64,000 nucleotides of DNA from the human T2T-CHM13v2.0 reference genome, Homo sapiens. The position numbers were made by a program, and so were the translations under genes. Location of the stretch: assembly GCA_009914755.4 (NCBI GenBank), contig CP068257.2:22048001-22112000 (forward strand). The letters run 5' to 3'. The notes beneath the pieces were generated by a model that did no database searches, was not told the DNA's origin, and saw only the letters and a program-made list of their open reading frames with translations. Of this stretch, positions 57,547 to 64,000 are shown piece by piece (within the stretch, counting starts at the first letter, position 1; every line of letters starts with the position of its first letter).

Positions 57547-58955
57547 TTAACACCTGCTCAACTCTACTAAACAAATCATAAGTGGAAAGCCAACAATCCA
57601 ATAAGAATTGTGTGTAAATCCATCCAATATCTCTGTGCCAACACTCACAATGAAGTGAATCAAATGGACCACAGAATTTCTGGTACTTAATGTTATTTTT
57701 CTTTTACAGACATCTTAAAAAGATATAGGACAATGGCAAGTTTTCTGTTCACAAATAAATGAAAAATAATACCCATAATAATTAAGACTTAATTAAGGAC
57801 ATTGCCACAAATTAAGTATTATCCTTGATTATTTTTCTAAAATATCCAGTTGCGTGTTACAGTTTTAAGAAAATTCTAAAGTTTCCATTTGCTAAAAATC
57901 ATATTTCAAGGAACAGTGGTTTTGGAAAAAGATCACTAAAGCAGAATGAACAAAATTGCTTTTCTCTTTCATTTTGGATGCTGGGCAGAAGACATACAAA
58001 AGCCTTTGATAGCCAAAACACATTACTTAACAATTAACATTATGTTTTTAAAACTTGTAATATAAATGTAGAAAATAAATATTTCTAATGTTACAACTGG
58101 ATCATAGCAAATGAAACTAATCGGTTGAAGTAATTGATCAAAATTTTCTGTTTAAGAAAAAGTAAAATTCTTGCCCAAGTATCAAAACTGGCAAGTTAAT
58201 GAGTATGACATAAATGACCAATACTCAGTCTCCAAATGCGATTTGAACAGTCGAACTCTGTAGTCAAACTTTACCTTGAAGCAAAACACATTCTCACAAA
58301 AAGTCACATTTGGAGAGTCTGTATTTAACAAGAACATTAAAATTTAAATATCCCTGATGATGATTCAAATCATTAAGTTTTAGAAAACTCCAAGCCCCGT
58401 GATTGCAAATTTCTCAAGGCAATTTAGCAAAACACACCAGAAACCTGTTAAATAGATTATTTTATTGTGCCAATGTTTTATTAGCTTAACAGATCTATTT
58501 ATTTAAGAGGACCCTGCAGCCTTATAAAATACATTTTATTTGGTATGCATGACGCAGCTATTTAAGAGAATTTGCATACTGGCGTCAACTTCCACCAGGC
58601 ACCTTAGGAATTAGTATTTTCCTTCATATACAACTTCTGTGAATTATTTAGTATAGTACTAGGTAGGCAGGTAAAATTGAATTTGTGGACCATTAAATGG
58701 AATTAGCCAAACTATAAGGCTAAGGGAATAGTCTTCCAGGCTGCCAAGTGTGTCAGGAATGCTTAGATTTTAAAATTTTACTAAATACAGAATCTTTAAA
58801 TGTGAATTATTGACAGAATGGTTTATGCTTTAAGGTAAAATTAGTTTTTTAATCCACATGCTATTTTTCCAAATTCCATTAGTTAGAATTCTCCCTACTA
58901 ATTTGTATCAAAGCTTTTGGCACTTCTTATCAGAGTATATATATATACTTGATCA

Positions 58956-59170
58956 TATATATATATGATCTTTATTGTCTATACATCTAGAGCTTATATT
59001 TTTTATTTTTATTTTTTATCTTATTTTCTTTCATATGGAGTCTCACTCTGTCACCCAGGCTGGAGTGCAGAAGTACAATCATAACTCAAGGCAGCCTTAA
59101 ACTCCTGGACTCAGGAGATCTTCTCACCTAAGCCTCCAAAGTAGCTGAGACTACAGTTGTATGCCACCAT
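58956..59170 (-). mobile_element. Alu right-arm fragment plus about 35 bp unique flank; inverted, about 97% copy of 60720-60924
   Basis: atgatctttattgtctatacatctagagcttat-(T-rich)-ggagtctcactctgtcacccaggctggagtgcagaagtac...gtagctgagactacagttgtatgccaccat is the reverse complement of 60720-60924, including the non-Alu flank. Confidence 0.8.
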
Positions 59171-59523
59171 GATGATTACTTGAGGAAGAGAATGAAATTG
59201 TGGGCGTTGGTCAAAGAAGAATTTACCTTAATTTTTAATGTTTTAATATGTAAAAGGCACTATGTTATTCTATTAACCTTAAGTGTTGAATTGTAGAAGT
59301 TAGAACAAAATCTGAATTTGAGTGGGGCCCTAAACAGAATTAAGATTGATAGATGTGTAGGTCAGCCCTGGGACATCACGACTCAGCTGATCAGATGATA
59401 ATAGAAATATCTACAAAAGAGATAGGAACCTGATTTTTTGGCAGAAAGCAAATTTCATGACTCAGGAGGGCCTCTTGGGTTTTGAACCTAAAAACTCTTG
59501 AGGCAGCTGTCCATTAAAACCTA

Positions 59524-59777
<254 letters not shown>

Positions 59778-59907
59778 TTACTGGCAGTTCTTTTTTCAAA
59801 ATTGTCCCAACTCCCAACTACCATAAGATAACAGAAGATTCTGAAGCCACTAATATTAATCACATCTTCTGTGTATGCCCAAAAAAAGACATTCAAAAGA
59901 AGGGGAT

Positions 59908-60206
<299 letters not shown>

Positions 60207-60575
60207 GAAGGGGACAACAGAAACACGGTAGATTACTCATAAATTTGGAAAGGTTATCCCATGAGATAACAACATGGCTTCCATTGGTGTTATGTAAGCA
60301 CTAGAATTCCCTCTCAGGAAAGGTTAAGCAGGTTGACTGGATTACTGATAGGAATGTAGGCCATGTTGCTATTTGGAAATCAACTGCAATTCACCTTGCA
60401 GACAGTAAAACCTTAAAGGAAGAAGGTAAGGACAAATTTACCTATAGGCAGTTAAAAACTATAAACTGGGCAGAAGAAGACATGAGTTCCAGACTTCATG
60501 AGGTGACATTTGGAAATTTACAGATTTTGGGGCTATCGCCAGGGTCTTTGCTCTATGGTCAAGAAAATAAACCTT

Positions 60576-60892
60576 CCAGGCACGGTTGCTCATGTCCGTT
60601 ATCCCACCTCTTTGGGAGGCCAAAGTGGGATGATTTCTTGAGCCTAGGAGTTCAAGGACAGCCTGGCCAACATAGCAAGACCCTGTCTCTATAAAATAAT
60701 AATAATAAATTAGCCAAGTATGGTGGCATACAACTGTAGTCTCAGCTACTTTGGAGGCTTAGGTGAGAAGATCTCTTGAGTCCAGGAGTTTAAGTCTGCC
60801 TTGAGTTATGAATGTACTTCTGCACTCCAGCCTGGGTGACAGAGTGAGACTCCATCTGAAAGAAAATAAGATAAAAAATAAAAAGAAAAAAT
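60576..60892 (+). mobile_element. Alu SINE, older (AluJ/S-like), full length; source of the inverted copy at 58956-59170
   Basis: ccaggcacggttgctcatgtccgttatcccacctctttgggaggccaaagtgggatgatttcttgagcctaggagttcaaggacagcctggccaacatagcaagaccctgtctc...agccaagtatggtggcatacaactgtagtctcagctac...gagactccatctgaaagaaaataagataaaaaataaaaag. Confidence 0.9.
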
Positions 60893-62759
60893 TAAGCTCT
60901 AGATGTATAGACAATAAAGATCATCCCTGTATAAAGTAATCAGTTATGAAAATCTCTGTGGGAATTAAAGGAAGAATTAAAGTGGGCTATGTGGATCCAC
61001 ACCAAAAAAAATAAAACACAGTTCCCTGCTTAGTGGGTATAGCAGGTTGGAGTCTCTGTGAGTCAGATCCTGAGATACAATTGGATGTTCAAAAGGTTTA
61101 TTGGGGAATAATATCAAATAATGAAAGTAGAAGAGGAGGAAAGCAGGACTGGCTGGGGAACCATCAGATCACAGTGGAGATCTGACAATGTTCCTGCCAT
61201 TCCAATGGTTCTCTGAAGTGACACACCTTGTCATAGTCCCATGTTGAGTGGCAATGGTCATGCTCTGTCAGTGTGTGACAGGAATTGCCTTGAGAAAAAC
61301 ACGACCTTGGCTCAAAATCTGACAGGGGTGATGAAGGAACAAAAGCAGGAGACTGTCAGAGAGAAAGTAAATAGTTACTTAAAGGAAGATCTCAGTGACC
61401 TATTGTCATATCTACCACAATTTACTCCTTTTACTGAATGTAGCCACTTTTCCTTACACATGTGGGAGCAACTTTGCCAGGGTTCTAGAGAGCTTCTCTT
61501 CCTGCGAAGGAACATTGAAGAGAAAGATGAGATGAAATATAGCCCACCTTACTGCGGTTAGTCTCGAGGCTGCAGTGGGATTCATCTTCTTCCTTATGCA
61601 CTATTCAATACAAACCCACTTCTCCTCAGCTACAACCTCCATTGCTCTGGGTGGCTTACTCCATGGTGAGTGGGGGAATGAGTGACTTAAAATCTCACTC
61701 CTGAGCTGACAGGTCATCCAATAACTAAGATCTTTTCAGGCTAGTTTTGTTGAACTTATACTTCACAGTCACCAAGAGACACTCAAGAAGATCACCTTAC
61801 TTCCATATGTAGTCCTACTGCCCCCATTATATAATAGCAGCCCTAGTTTCTTCCCCCAATCAGGGTCAGTTGCCCATGAGAAGATTGAACAGTATTTTTT
61901 TTGCTTACTGATTCCTAGAAAAAGGAGCCCAAAGTGTCAGGCAGTAACTTGTAGTTCAATCACAATTTCCTGTTTTCATGGATGAGAATACACCCCTTTG
62001 AGTACTAGGAAGTCTCATCCTGAAGAATACATTAGTGAGAAACAGTAAGAGAAATACTCCAGTGGGCCTCTAGGAATGATGGTGCAAGGGGCAACTCCTG
62101 TTTCTTCTCTTTGTTCTTGGACCCACGCATTCTTCCACTTGGAGCACCATGTTGTGTTAAGGTCTTTGAATTAACGCTTACACTATAGCCTAGAGTTTGG
62201 TGCGTTTTGATGACAGAGTGTTGCAGAAGGAGCGCTGATGTTTTCCCATCAGTTTTCTCAGGTTCAGGAAAAAAATAGACAAGGGGAAAGATGGGGCTAC
62301 ACAGCTGTCAAACATCAAAAACAGGGTCAAATTCTTTATTACATTCACAAAGCAGATGGAACCCGGTTTACTGGACAGCAGCCTATAATTACCATCCTAA
62401 TCATCGAGTTCTATGTAGAACATGAGGAAATGTAATTCCTTTCAGGATTTTAGTGTAATTTAAATTGATGTATGTTATACACACATTATTTTAATATTTT
62501 TAAAAGAGCTCTATGTACAACAAAGCATATGTCAGCTCCTTTACTGTAAGCAATAATTTTCCAGTATGAGAACAATTTGGAGATACTGAGTTGAAGTCTC
62601 CAAAACTAATTGGCCAGGGAAAAAATTGAATTTAGCCTTAGAAAAAAATTATGTATCTAATGAAATGTCTTTATCAAGACTAATAAAATAGTTCAAATAA
62701 TTGTGGATGGTAAAGAAAAAGGAGCAATTGAGCCAGCAAAAATATATATATGTGTATAA

Positions 62760-63048
<289 letters not shown>

Positions 63049-64000
63049 TGAGCCACTAAAAGAATTTAGATAAGGGAAAAGATACAGTCATGGCCAAATG
63101 CTTTGTAGAGGGAATATCTCTTCCTCCAATGGATGTTTCGAAGACGGTGGTTGTTGGGGTATTCGGTGGCTAATTCTTCAGTGTGAATTATTGCAGAAAA
63201 TGACCTAAGTCAAATGTTGAAAGAAAATATGGGCAACAAGTTACTGACAAATCTGAGAGAGTGAACTGAAAAGGAAGGAATTAAAACAACTGGGCTATAA
63301 TTCATTTCTCCCCCAGTTACTATGGATTGGATGCTCTGGGCAAAGAAGGCAAGTTCTAGTCTTCTAGTCTTGCAAAAATGATAGCTGAACCTCTAGACAA
63401 GCAGTCTAACAAAGTTGGTTAGGAGAAAATTCCTCATCTGTTGAATGCTTTGAGCACTGATTTTCCTATTTTAGAATTGTCTGCGATAAACAAACTTATA
63501 CTATGTGAATTTATGGGACATGGTTCCTTAAGGAATGTTACATAAGTAAACAACTATCTGGGGAAAAAAAAAAAGGAAAATATGAAATAACTTAAGAAGC
63601 CTGTCCTGTTGGGTGACCTATAATCCTCATTTAAAGATCTCTTTTATTTGAGTCTGATAGCATGTGTTCCAATGGGAACACAGCATGTGTCCAATGTGAG
63701 AAGGAACAGCTTGTGGAGTCAGGAGGATGTGCAAAGCCTCTCTCTGAATTTTGTTTGTTTGCATCCGTGTAATTGTCAGTAAAGCTCACTACTGTGAAAG
63801 TCTCTGATTTGTGTGTTTCCTATTAGACAATCAGATCTCTGTGTTAGATTAGTTTTCTGTTTTTTTATGCACTTAACTACAAATGATTTTTGTAATCTTT
63901 GAATGAAAACTTTTTCATCTCAATTCATTGTTAAATTGGTTTATAGTTTTAACTTCTACACCAGCTTTTAAAATTTGGCAATGAATTTGCATCATACTCA

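Overview
This window is primate nuclear DNA, human-like (catarrhine), not a prokaryotic locus. It is AT-rich, strongly CpG-depleted, and dominated by interspersed repeats. Repeats and ORFs: I can place about 24 Alu SINE copies or fragments (about 14 on +, 10 on -), and many keep their flanking target-site duplications (TSDs). None of the six-frame ORFs is supported as a real coding region. There are two full-length, roughly 2.2 kb THE1/MST-type MaLR LTR retrotransposons. One is on + at 8472..10707 and sits inside an older MLT1 LTR. The other is on - at 54809..57030 with a perfect CCTAG TSD. The rest is made of L1 pieces (a 3' end, a likely ORF2 fragment, an 80-bp 3' tip), further MLT1-type LTR fragments and several micro- and minisatellites. 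The most structured features are two inverted-repeat structures. The first is a roughly 290-bp AT-rich minisatellite with a palindromic AATTGTACAATT core at 43145..43434. The second is a roughly 97%-identical, 210-bp inverted duplication at 58956..59170 and 60720..60924 around a 1.5-kb spacer that now holds two TSD-flanked Alus. I found no CpG island, no RNA gene and no CRISPR or operon-like organisation. I see no convincing exon. The ORFs in the track fall inside Alu, L1 or THE1 sequence or are short and lack coding signal. Limits: coordinates are hand-derived and good to a few bp. Subfamily names are from memory of consensus sequences, not from a search. Several ancient repeats are only partly classified.
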